A program made the position numbers and the translations under genes. A DNA stretch of 64,000 bases from Octopus vulgaris. Its lineage: Eukaryota. The stretch spans positions 67,766,001 to 67,830,000 of the forward strand of contig OX597833.1 in the NCBI GenBank assembly GCA_951406725.2. The letters run 5' to 3'. The notes beneath the pieces were generated by a model. The model did not search any database. It was not told the DNA's origin and was given only the letters and a program-made list of their open reading frames with translations. How positions within the stretch are numbered: position 1 is the stretch's first letter; each line of letters opens with the position of its first letter. Shown piece after piece: positions 52,455 through 64,000 of this stretch.

Positions 52455-54005
52455 TCAATATACTTCTAGCCATCGCTCATCGTCTCTTTTTAACCATATC
52501 CAGTGGCTAGCCTTCTCCACTGTAGATTGGATATCAGTCATGGTGGTATTGACTTTACGATGAGTTAGGCCTAACGATAACAACAGTCGTCTCACGCTGT
52601 GTCCTACAAACCCTCTACATCCGACTTCGATAGGAAAATGTTCCGCTTTCCAGCCTGCGTCTTCATATTCCTCGAGGAGGTTTTCATAACGGTTTAATTT
52701 TCGAGCTCGAGCGGCGTCCATATTATCTTCGTGAGGAACCGTTAGCTCGACTATATTTAAAACTTTCTTTCTTTCACACCACATCAAAATATCTGGTTTT
52801 TTCGAAACTGGGATGGGAAAGAAAACCTGGCACCCAGGTAAATCTGCAGTTACCTCCCAATAGTCGTTCCACTTTTCATTTTTCTCAGGAAGTTTCTTGG
52901 TCTTCTTCTTGAAACGGATCTGCTGACCTGGTCGCACGAAGGTAATGAATTCTCTTGATGGTACTTTTAACGATTTTTCCTCAGTGTTGTTGAGATGAAT
53001 TTGATTCTTTATAGCATTGAAGATAACCTTAAGGACCAAGTTGTGCCTCCATGTGTACCTGTTCAATGCTAACGAACAGTTGGAAAGAATATGTTTTAGT
53101 GTACCGACTTTTCCACATTTGCAGACGTCATTCTCTAAGACGTTCCATCTTACTAGATTCGTAGGTGATGGCAAAACATCATAAGATGAACGAATCAGGA
53201 AACTCAGCCGAGATGTTGTCCACTTCCACATCTCATCCCAACTTATCTTCCTCTCAACAACATGTTCTTCCCATCTCGTCATCTGACCTTGATGAACACA
53301 TCGGATCAAATGAAGCTCTCTTCTCTCTGCTTCTCTTGTTTTGACGCTGTTGCTAACAACAGATCTGCGTTCACACGGCATCATGCTTGCAAACGGTCTG
53401 AACTGATCCGCGCCAAAACCAAATCCTTTCCGATGGTTCTGCGTTGCTCCCACCATATCTCTGTGTGTAAGAGAAGACAAGATGTTGTCAGTTTCTGCTT
53501 CTGCTTTCCACTTCCTGGCTGTTTTCACCTCTGGTGGGTTACGCCTGATTTCCATATCCTTCGATTCTCTCAGCATCATGACCGTCCGTATCTTCCCCAA
53601 CTTATATATTTCGACTATTGATGCTATTGGTAACTGCAACGAACCTCTTTACGATAAAGAGCTGAGCTGTTCAACATACGAGGTAGACCTAGCCACTTTC
53701 TAATGAACACATTACATTTTTGTTCGATCTTTTCAACTCGTGACAATGCTACTTCGTATATTAAAAGTGGCCACGCAAGTCGCGGGTACAGGCCGAACTG
53801 CAAGCACCAAATTTTATATTTACCTGGTAACTTCGAAACATCAATCGCTGATAACCCAGCCTCGGCCTGTTTCATAATTTCAATCCCACGACTTCTATCT
53901 GACAATGTTCCAGCGTATACTCGTCCCAAGCTCTTGACGGGCTCTTCCTTGACTGTTGGAATGCTTTCTTCCGATATTCGAAATTGCTTGTTGATATCTT
54001 TCTTT
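52455..54005 (-). pseudogene. HERO-type ORF C-terminal half (RT end/thumb, zinc knuckle, RLE) with one frameshift near 53647
   Basis: Frame 53624-53929 joins frame 52455-53639 at ALYRK/GSLQLP; CKCGKVGTLKHILSNC, YTWRHNLVL, KPDI..ELTVP..KLNRY, PIEVGCRGF, WIWLKR. Confidence 0.9.
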
Positions 54006-54160
54006 GCCTCGTTATCGCACGTATAGCTTCACATTGCGGCATGATATGTTGTGATACCAAGATATTTCAACAAACGCACGAAACCAAATGGTGAAGGCGT
54101 ATGTTATATAAGGACACATGGATACACATGCTCATACATTACACGCACATACACATGCAC

Positions 54161-54193
<33 letters not shown>

Positions 54194-54398
54194 AAGGCAC
54201 ACACGCATATAATGTTAACTTAACATATTATCATTATTAGTAGTATTAGTATTGACGGAACTTGTACTGATGGTAATCGTATACAACTGTCTATCTAAAT
54301 TTCTGTGTGACTACCTACTTGCCTGCCCGTGCCTGCCTGCTTCTGTGTTTTAACTGTCTGTATGACTGTCTGCCTGTCTATCCTGTCTGTCTGTCTGC

Positions 54399-54472
<74 letters not shown>

Positions 54473-54527
54473 GCCTATGTATTTGTCTGCCTCTCTCTCT
54501 CTCTCTCTATCTCTCTGTCTGTCTGTC

Positions 54528-54596
<69 letters not shown>

Positions 54597-54689
54597 CTAT
54601 CTGCCTATGTATGTATTTATCTATCTGTCATCAGTCAAATAATTCCTTATTAAAATCCAAGTATATCCAATCTTAGATGGCACAGAATT

Positions 54690-55000
54690 ATCTCCCAAAG
54701 ACGTTCCAATAGTGATCCTCCAGTCTTTATTCCTTCAACGTATTGACGACTAATTTCAATATAGCATTCCATTTTCTTTCCATTTCCATTTCTTTTCTCT
54801 TCGAAATCATATCTTAAATTCTGCGAGGCATCTTTTCTGACAGCTCTAAGCAACCACTTTGAAACACCTTATTTCGCAGCTTAGTAATTCTTCATACATG
54901 TTTCTGGCACGAAGTCTGCTTTAGCTGCCAACGTGATTGATAGCTTGCTCAGTTTTCAAGTCGCCAAGGGGCCTTTTTTGATGAGACTGTTGAAAGCATT
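54690..55000 (-). mobile_element. Possible highly decayed L1/Tx1-type ORF2 C-terminal remnant
   Basis: Stop-interrupted reading ..LSITLAAK..WLLRAVRK..NLRYDF.. loosely resembles L1/Tx1 C-termini; weak. Confidence 0.25.
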
Positions 55001-55549
55001 CTTCCAAGGGCGTGAAGTGTAGGTTGCTGTTGTTGGCCTGATCGAGCACAATTATCTCAAAATACCGCTCCACTGTTCAGCAACAAATCGTATAATTATG
55101 TGGAAGGGAAAGGGAGGGTCTCCCCTGGGGCAAAGATTTTATTGTTGGGGGCACTTTTAGATGTGTTGGGGACCCAGGTGGGGAGTTACTACACAACTCA
55201 AGAGCTAACACGGGCGGCACATAATCTATTTACGCCACTGTCTACAGCTGAACTTTTATTCAAGCATAGTCTATCTTGGACTCCATTCTACATTGTGTAC
55301 TTTCTTTAAAGTCTTTCCATGTAAGATATCTTTTTAGATTTAACTGTTATTTAACAGAACAAACGGCCACGTCGTATCTCCATGGTTCGCTCGTTACTCT
55401 CGTTCCAGTTATTTTTATTGTGGTTGGTGTTTTTCTTCTTCTTCTTCCTCTCCTTCTCCTTCTCTTCTTCTTCTTCTTCTTCTCTTTCTTCTTTTTCTTC
55501 CTTCTTCTCTTCCTTCTTCTCTTTCTTCTTCTTCTTCTTCTTCTCCTTC

Positions 55550-56050
55550 TTTGCTTTTCATCATTTCGAGGTCGATAAATCAAGTACCAATTGAACACTG
55601 GAATCGGTGTAATCGATTCATCCCGACCTCCTAAATGGCTGCCCTTGTGACAAAATTTGAAACCATTATTATTATCTTTACGTTCTGAGTTCAAATTCCG
55701 CCGAGTGTGACTTTCGTCCTTTCGGGATAGATAAATTAAGTACCAGTTGTGTAATGGGTCGTGTAATCGTCTATCCCCCACCCCTAAATGTCAGGCCTTG
55801 TGCCTATAGCCGAAAGGATTATCATTATTAGGGTGGTAGACTGGCAAAATCGTTGAAGTGCTAGGAAAAATGCCTTGCGGTAATGATTTCGGATCTTTAC
55901 ATTCTAAGTTCACATTTCACCGAAGTCGATTTTGCCTTTCATCCTTTCGAGGTCGATACTTGAAGCACCATTTGTGCATTAGCGCCGATGGAATCGATTA
56001 TGCCTCTTCCTTAAAAGTGCTGGCCTTATACCAAAATTTGAAACCGTTAA
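55550..56050 (+). mobile_element. Cluster of diverged SINE family 2 copies
   Basis: Three repeats of the family 2 central domain and tail. Confidence 0.8.
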
Positions 56051-57285
56051 TTCCGCCCTCCAGCCCTCACCTCCCATGAGGATTTGAAATATTTTGTTTT
56101 TGCTAATTATTCTATTGCTTACAAGCTTCTACGTTAATCCCCTCCTGGGTTTTGCAGCATCTGAAGTGTTTTTGCGGCCCTTGTGGCCAATAAAAGAAGA
56201 ATTATGGGTATCATTACCATTTTTCTTTTTTTTTCTGTCTGTAAAAAGAAATTTCCATTTCTTTACAATTTCCGAGGGGATGGGCGTGGGATGTTTTCCA
56301 AACGCACATCGTAGTGAAAGTTAAACACTCTCTACTACTACTACTACTGCTGCTGCTTCTACTACTACTACTACTACTACTTCTACTACTACATTTCCTC
56401 TGTAGTAAATTTAAGTTAACCGAACACACACTGCTCTGCGTATCAATAAGTAATTAAAATTGTTATAATTATAACGTGATTGTTTAATTAAGAACAATGA
56501 TTTCATTCGATGGCTACAAAGGCCTAAACATGGGTGGTGGGAGGCGGGGTAGAGGAGATAGAAAGCAAAACAACAGACATGAAACAGCGGTGGGGAAGTT
56601 TCCATGAGTAAAACGTGGATATTCACTCTAACAATGAAGTTATATTCGAGAATAGGTAACAGTAATCGTACGTTAAGGAATAACAATGCAATTATTTATT
56701 AAATATTAATGGTATCATTATAAACAATGCGAATAATCATTATGATATTGCTAATCTCTATAAAGGAATATGGCGGCGAACTAGCTGCGTCTTTTACAGA
56801 GTAGGATAAAATGTCTTCTGATATATAGTCGATTGCTGCGCTCTGAGAAGAAATCTTGACAGACATATTTGCGTCTCATTTAGAAGGTGATGGGCGTGGA
56901 TGGCGAAATCGTTTGAGCGTTGAAGAAAATGTTAAGTGACATTTTTTACAATCTTTTTATATTCGGAGTTAGTATTTCTCCTCGGTCGATTTTCACTTTC
57001 ATTCTTTTTTTTTTTTGGTGGGGGTGGAGGTCGATAAAATAAATATCACTTGAGCAGTCGAAGTCAATTACATCGATCTATACTTCTTTTAAAATTGCTG
57101 GCGTTGGGCCAAAATTTGAAACCATTATGGTTGCTGCTTGCTATTAAAGCGTAGAGCTAAGTGAATCGTTAGCATGGCAGACGAGTGCTGGTGTCGAATT
57201 AATTGATTTACCCCTCACCTCAAAATTACTGGGCCTGCGCCAAAATGTTTTGAAAGGATTGTCATTATTAGGAAAGCCAAAAGAA

Positions 57286-57680
57286 GGCGACGAGTTGGCA
57301 GAATCGTTAGAACGCCGGGCAAAATGCTTAGCGGTATTTCGTCTGCCGCTACGTCGTGAGTTCAAATTCCGCCGAGGTCGACTTTGCCTTTCATCCTTTT
57401 GGGGTCGATTAAATAAGGACCAGTTACGCACTGGGGTCGATATAATCCACTTAATCCGTTTGTCCTTGTTTGTTCCCTCTGTGTTTAGCCCCTTGTGGGT
57501 AGTAAAGAAATATGTATTTCACCTGTCGCTACATTCCGAGTTCAAATTCCGCCGAGGTCAACTTTATCTTTCTTTTCGGAGTCGGTAAATTAAGTACCAG
57601 TGAAATGCTGGGGGCGATGTAATCGACTAGTATCCTCCCCCAACATTTGAGGCCTTGTGCCTCTCGCAGAAAGAAGTATT
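57286..57680 (+). mobile_element. SINE family 2 dimer
   Basis: Same two-unit architecture and junction as 9798-10215. Confidence 0.88.
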
Positions 57681-57814
57681 ATAAGTTGTGGTAGGCTTAT
57701 CCTGTTCACTTTTACTGAGAAAGTTTGTACCAATCGGCGACGATAATAATGAAGACAGCGATGAAAACGATGACGATGAACAAGATGGCGACGACGATGG
57801 AGATAATACTGGTT

Positions 57815-58028
57815 TCATAAATTTTGGCACAGGGGCAGCACTTTTGGGGGATGGTTAAGTCGATTCCACCGACCACAGTGCTCCATCATTAGTTATTTAA
57901 TTAACCTCATCAAGATAAATGCTAAACTCGACCTCGGCGGAATTTGAACTCGCAAGGTAAAGAAGAGCGAAATGCTGCTAAGCCTCTTACCCAGCGTGCT
58001 AACAATTCTGTCAGCGCGCCGCCTTAAG
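57815..58028 (-). mobile_element. Diverged SINE family 2 copy
   Basis: cgacctcggcggaatttgaactc...aattctgtcagcgcgccgcc is the reverse complement of the head. Confidence 0.75.
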
Positions 58029-58844
58029 GACGATGATAGCATCAATCGTAAATCTTGCTCAGCCCCAGTTCAAACCTGAAATGATCTTGCCTGTGGTCAC
58101 AGGGAATCCAACCACGACCAGCACATATTTAGTCTATATCTTTTTCTTACCTTTATTTAACACGGTTCGATGATACTCACAAGAGTCCCGCTTGCTATTT
58201 CTAGCAAGACAAGACACCACGTTGTGACATCTTTTGATAGCTGATATATATATATAAAAGCCGTAACAGTAGTAGCGGTGGTAATAGTTGTCTGTATTAT
58301 GTGATGGAGACCGAACAACCATGATCACATTCAACGATTCTGTACGAAAAAAAGATACGTATTTTATATATTTTTTTGGCAATACCTGAAGCATGACAAT
58401 TTATTAATGCGGCATTGCTTTAGACTTTTCCTGGTTTTTATTTTATATATTTTATATATGTTTTATTTTCGTACTTTTATCATTTCTTTAGACTCAATAA
58501 AATGACTAGCAGTGTCATGTTAGTAACGATTCAATTGTCCATAGTTTTACGTATGATATATACATACATACATATATACATGTATATATATATATATATA
58601 TCGATGTGTGTATATACGCAGCTGTGTATATATGTGTGGGTGCACGTATATATATATATATGTGTGTGTGAATATGCAGCTGTGTGCGTGCGCGAGTAAC
58701 TTTTTCTATATATTTTTTAATCATTTTTTATATCCTTTTATCCTTAGAAAAGTGTTCCCCATACTGAATATTTTAAGCTACATAGTAAATTTCGTGCTTC
58801 AAGTTGTTGATTAGAAATTCGAGTTGGATTCTTGTCTCTTGCTT

Positions 58845-58903
<59 letters not shown>

Positions 58904-60255
58904 TTGCTATTGTTGTCACTTGTTTTTTGCTTTCTTTCCATCTTTAAAAAAAATGTGTGATTGAATTTATCTTCAGTTCAAAACTGAACTGATCTAACAT
59001 AACTAATATAACAAACTTGTGTTGTTACTTCGATTGATCGATCACTCAATCTTCGTTTCTCATTCACTCCAGCCATGAGTTGCAAACGTGGTCGTGAGAA
59101 TGATAAAAAAAAAAAAAGTTCGATTCGCTTCGTCTCGCTTCTTCTCTTTTGAACGTGTTTCGATTCCGGTGAGAGTCTACGATACCAAAACATCCGACAA
59201 AACTTATTCAAGTGTCTGCCATAAACGTTGGGTTCTTCATTTTTCTTCTTTCTTCATCTTCGTTCTTCCATTTTGCTCTGCAATTTTTTCTCTGTATTTT
59301 TAGTTTCACTTTCTTTTCTCCGCTCCTACTTTTTACAATTTGCATAACTTCGGATCGACCCTAGTTTGTTCTAAGGGGAAAAAAATTAGTGACCATGAAA
59401 TTTTACAGAAATCCATCGGGCACAACAAAAACAGATATATAATGGTTCGGAACAAAAATGGGGCCCGGTAGAAATATTAGGTTTTAAAACATCTACTGGG
59501 GTCGATTCATTCATGTACAAATTCTTCCAGGTGGTGCCCCAACATGGCCGCAGTCTAATGATTTAAACGCGTAAGTGAAAGATAAAAGTTAATTAAACAG
59601 CTGACTCCGTAGTAGTCAATATATTTCACGAGTTCGAATTTCACTTGATCGGACAGATAGAAGCTCCGCATCGAAGCAAACGGAATATCCACCATTTTAC
59701 TTCCAGAAGAACGTAAAGAGAAAAAAAATCTCACTGAGACAACGAATGTAATGTTTGGTTTTCTGTTTGATTTTGATGTGATTTGAAACCCAAATCGGAA
59801 CATTCGATAGTCGACCTATTAACTCAGTATTAGTGCCGATTATATGTTGGCACACCATAAAACTCTGCTCAATCAGTCCCTTCGCCCGTCCGTCATCGCT
59901 CTATTCATCTCTTTCTTCCACTCAGAATTACTGCGAGGGTCGTGAGGATGAATAAATAAATAAATAAATAATAAAAAAAAAGAACAATCATAAAATATAA
60001 ATAAAATGGCGTAGTAGATATATTAAGGAACGGGGATGGGGAGAGACAGAAAAGACTAAAAGTGTATTGAAAGTAATAATAATAATAATGATAATAATAT
60101 AAAATTGTGGGAGTCGGATAACCCCCATCCTAATAAAAATAGTCACACTGACTCTTGAACTAATCCTGCAGTTTATTTACCTTGAGAATCGCGTTTTATC
60201 TCTGTATATTTAAGCTATTTGTTATTGTATATATAAACCTGCCGGTGACCCCTCG

Positions 60256-60304
<49 letters not shown>

Positions 60305-60353
60305 GTGTGTGTGCGTGTAAGAGTGAAGATATATTGGTGTTTTATATATATTT

Positions 60354-60415
<62 letters not shown>

Positions 60416-60924
60416 GTGCCTGTGTGTGTGTGTCCTACTGAGGAAAGAGGCCATTCGTTAGGAAGTCAGCCGATACGTCAAAAAAAAAAAGAAATTCACT
60501 TTCTGTCATGTGTCAAACACAAACATTTGCAATTAAAGACGGTTTTTACTCCAGTACTAGTGAACTAGTTAATCTAATCTAGCCTTCCCCTCTTTTTAAC
60601 CCCGAAATATTTAGAGTAGGTCTTGATATAAGGGACCACCCGTCTTACACGGGATCAAGTGAGACAAACGATCTTTATCAAATGAGGAAGATGTCTCGGC
60701 ATTCATCAGGTTTCAAAATGGCGAACATAAAGTAAATAAACACAGTGTCTATAAGTAGAATGTCGCTCTGTCTATCTGCGCATGTGTGTGTGTCTGTCTG
60801 CGTGTGTATATATGTGGATATGATCTTTCTACCCTTACATGTTTCAGTCAATGGACTATTGCTGTATGTATGTATCTGTGTGTATGTTTATATGTATGTA
60901 CAGCAATGCGCACTTATGTGTATG

Positions 60925-60979
<55 letters not shown>

Positions 60980-61579
60980 AGAGCTGGAGGAAATGGAGAG
61001 AAGAGGGAGCCAAGTAGTTGTTTAAAAAGTCTCCTGAGGAGATGCAATCTGCATCTGTCATGCAAGAAAATTAATTATACAGCACGTCACCAGTGAGGTA
61101 CAGATGCAGGATGAGACGAAACAAGTGTAGTGGTTTAGTATAATGAATCTCGCGAACTCCATGTGCTCTCTCTGATATATATATATATATATATATTTGA
61201 AACGAACAACTGGTTTGGCTTTTTAGCGTGTGAGTACCAATCCTGAAAATGTTTCAACTACCGTAGGTATATTTGTAATTAATTCTGAGTTTATATAAAC
61301 AGTAAATCATCGAAATGAAACACAAAGAGCATGAAGCTATTTCCACCACACCTGCGTTGCTCGAGAATTCGTACCGTTATATTCGCACTCGTGGAAGTAC
61401 ACGTGCACGTCAGTACCTGTGTCTCACGTTGCACAATTCTATTTGCCTGTTTACCTACCTACTTACCTACCTTCCTTGATACTGTTTGGACTAAGATACC
61501 CGTTAACAAGCCGAAGGTATTTATAGAGTGTTAAACAATTTCGGTATGCAAATTAAGAACTCCTTCTTATATAGATTAA

Positions 61580-61750
61580 CTGCTGCATTCGTTGAGTATA
61601 TAAACAGTTTGGCTGCTAGTTTCTCTGGAGACTGTCAGAATGATGTGGACGGCTCTGATGAGACCCCAATAAGGTTCGAGACTCGATTAAGGTTGTTCCT
61701 TTATTAAGTCTGCAGGGAAATCGCTAAAATTTGCGCTGTTTATAATTATA
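61580..61750 (+). mobile_element. Old pseudo-LTR family E with decayed hammerhead (61647-61699)
   Basis: GGACGGCT-CTGATGA-GACCC caataa GGTTC-GAGAC-TCGA-TTA-AGGTTGTTCC. Confidence 0.62.
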
Positions 61751-61974
61751 CCATTTCTATCTCGTAGATTAAATTATCTACGTAAATTATTTATATACGT
61801 ACGTAATTTAAATGTCCACTGTATTTAAAATAAGAGCTATTTGTTTCTTACCATTAGAAGATCTTATTTCTATTTAGTGTACATTAAATGGTATTTATGT
61901 CTCGCTGGATGGATTATTTTTGTTGCTGATTTTACCTGAACAGAACAGTAACATATTTAAAATTTTTTATTTTT

Positions 61975-62393
61975 ATTTTACTTGTTTCAGTCATTTGACT
62001 GCGGCTATGCTGGAGCACCGCCTTTAGTCGAGTAAATCGACCCCGGGACTTATTCTTTTGTAAGCCTAGTACTTATTCTATCGGTCTCTTTTTGCCGAAC
62101 CGTTAAGTGACGGGGACGTAAACACACCAGCATCGGTTGTCAAGCAATGCTAGGGGGACAAACACACACACAAACAAACATACATATATATATATATATA
62201 CACACACATATATATATATATACGTATATACGACAGGCTTCTTTCAGTTTCCGTCTACCAAATCCACTCACAAGGCATTGGTTGGCCTGGGGCTATAGTA
62301 GAAGACACTTTCCCAAGATGCCACGCAGTGGGACTGAACCCGGAACCATGTGGTTGGTTAGCAAGCAACTTACCACACAGCCACTCCTGCGCC
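61975..62393 (-). mobile_element. Full-length SINE family 1
   Basis: Reverse complement of 30838-31230. Confidence 0.93.
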
Positions 62394-63509
62394 TATGAAC
62401 ACACACACACACACACACATATATATATGTGTTTATATATATAGGCAAGTGTCTTCTTCTATGGCCTCGGGCCGACCAAAGCCTTGTAAGTGGAATTGGA
62501 AGATGAAACTGGAAGAAACCCGTCGTGTATGTAACAGCTTTTGTTATATTTCTGCTGCTTTTAAATAAAGCATATTACTCTACCTCTGGTATTTGAGTAC
62601 TATTTTTCCCACCTTGTTTCGCATTTATGTGCTTTTTCCGGTATAAATCTGAACTTTCAATTCAGTCGGAAGAAACGCCACCGAGATCTTGTTCAACGTA
62701 CTAGCGATTAAGTGTATGTGTGTGTATATATAAGTATGGGTGACTTACATGCACTTATGCAGAGTGAGCATTTCTCATTCATGACGAGAAATATAAGAGG
62801 GAGATTTTCGCTGCTATCTTTTGACAGTGTATGCCGTCATGTTGACCTAGATTCTCTGTTGGAACATTTAGCTGCTCTTTCTAACACGTCAAACAAGCGT
62901 GCAATCCATCTTCCCGATTTGGTGCGTTTTTTCTTTCTTTTTTTTGTTCTTGACTTGACTTGCCGAAAGAATTGCGAGTCAGAAAGTCAAATTCCGAAAA
63001 TTCACCAAGAGGGATTTGTTTCAATGTCTGCCCATTGACATTAGTTCTTGACATTTATATCGGATGCTGGAAAGATTTTTGTATTATAGCGTCACTCATT
63101 TCAACCAAGCAAAAATGTTGCATCTCCTTCTTTGTATATAATGCTGAATGGATTTCGTTTATCGATTAGCGAACATTTTCTATTGAATGCTCGCTGTTGA
63201 ACTACGATGTCTATTAAATGTCACTTGTACTTGACTAAACTTTCTTGCAATGGTCTTTCCGTAGTTTTAGCTGTCGGAGTCGACGGCGCATTGTAGCTGT
63301 TGTCAATGGTGGGTTGTTACTAAGACGTTGATGCTTTGGTGCTGCTAACAGTTGATGGTAGTTGTTGACGATGTGCAAAAGGAACTATTGTTTAAGATAA
63401 TACCAATGCTAGAATCTTTTGTGTTTATTAGTAAAAGAATGAAAATAAACTGGAATGCTTTCATCTTCCTCCACTTCAAACCGAATTCAAGAATACCTGG
63501 CTCAGTCTG

Positions 63510-63995
63510 TGGATGTGTGGTAAGAAGCTTGATTCACAACCACAAGGTTCCGGGATGAGTCCCAGTGTATGGCAAGTTGGGCAAGTGTCTTGTACAATAG
63601 CCTCGAGTCGACTAAACCCTGGTGAGTGAATTTGGTAGATGAAAACAAAGAAGCCCATCGTGTGTGTGTGTATGTGTGTGTTGTTGTATCTGTCTTGTTT
63701 GTGTTTGTCAGCCAGTCTTTTGTAAGTGGATTGGGTAGATGGAAACAGAAAGAAGCTCTGTGTGTGTGTGTGTGTCTCTGTGTTTGTGTCGGTGTTTTGT
63801 TCCCACCGACATCGCTTGACACCGACGTTAGTGTGTTTACGTTCCTGTAACTTAGCAGTCTGTCAAAACAGACCGAGAGAATAAGTACCAGTCTTGAAGG
63901 AAAGCACTGGGGTCGATTCATTCGAGTAAAATTCGTCATAGTGCTGCCCCAGCATGGTCGCTCTCTAATGACTGAAACAAGGAAAAGATAAAAAA
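63510..63995 (+). mobile_element. Diverged SINE family 1 copy with internal partial duplication
   Basis: Head, core and tail recognisable; the gtggatt..gatggaaac..aagaagc segment is repeated. Confidence 0.78.
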
Positions 63996-64000
63996 TAGGA

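Larger units (their letters stand above)
52295..54010 (-). mobile_element. 5'-truncated non-LTR retrotransposon with restriction-like endonuclease (HERO-type)
   Basis: End of RT (IPTVKEEPVKSLGRVY), LPGKYKIWCLQF..PRLAWPL, RKWLGLP, CCHC knuckle, RHN and PD-(D/E)xK-like motifs, structured 3' UTR; ends approximate and no TSD recognised. Confidence 0.9.

Overview
AT-rich, microsatellite-saturated eukaryotic non-coding DNA (intron or intergenic). The SINE complement suggests an octopus/coleoid cephalopod (inference from recognised SINE families). I find no credible host exon, and nearly all listed ORFs are translations of simple repeats. Content: (i) dozens of tRNA-derived SINE copies from about 5 families; (ii) mariner-like and pogo-like MITEs and a 624-bp Merlin-like fold-back element with an 8-bp TSD; (iii) one 5'-truncated HERO-type non-LTR retrotransposon (RT end, CCHC knuckle, restriction-like endonuclease) on the minus strand at ~52.3-54.0 kb; (iv) many short Penelope-like pseudo-LTR fragments, mostly lodged in or beside (TA)n tracts, carrying 17 hammerhead-ribozyme-like motifs that I folded by hand (13 with both core halves, 4 as 3' halves), including non-canonical cores CUGUNGA and CCGAYGA. 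The best candidate for something undescribed is the HERO 3' UTR (52323-52434, minus). It contains every hammerhead core element (GUC, GAAAC, CUGAUGA) with perfect stems, but in a non-circularly permuted, pseudoknotted order and with two helices inserted between A9 and stem II. All structures are manual predictions and no activity is demonstrated.
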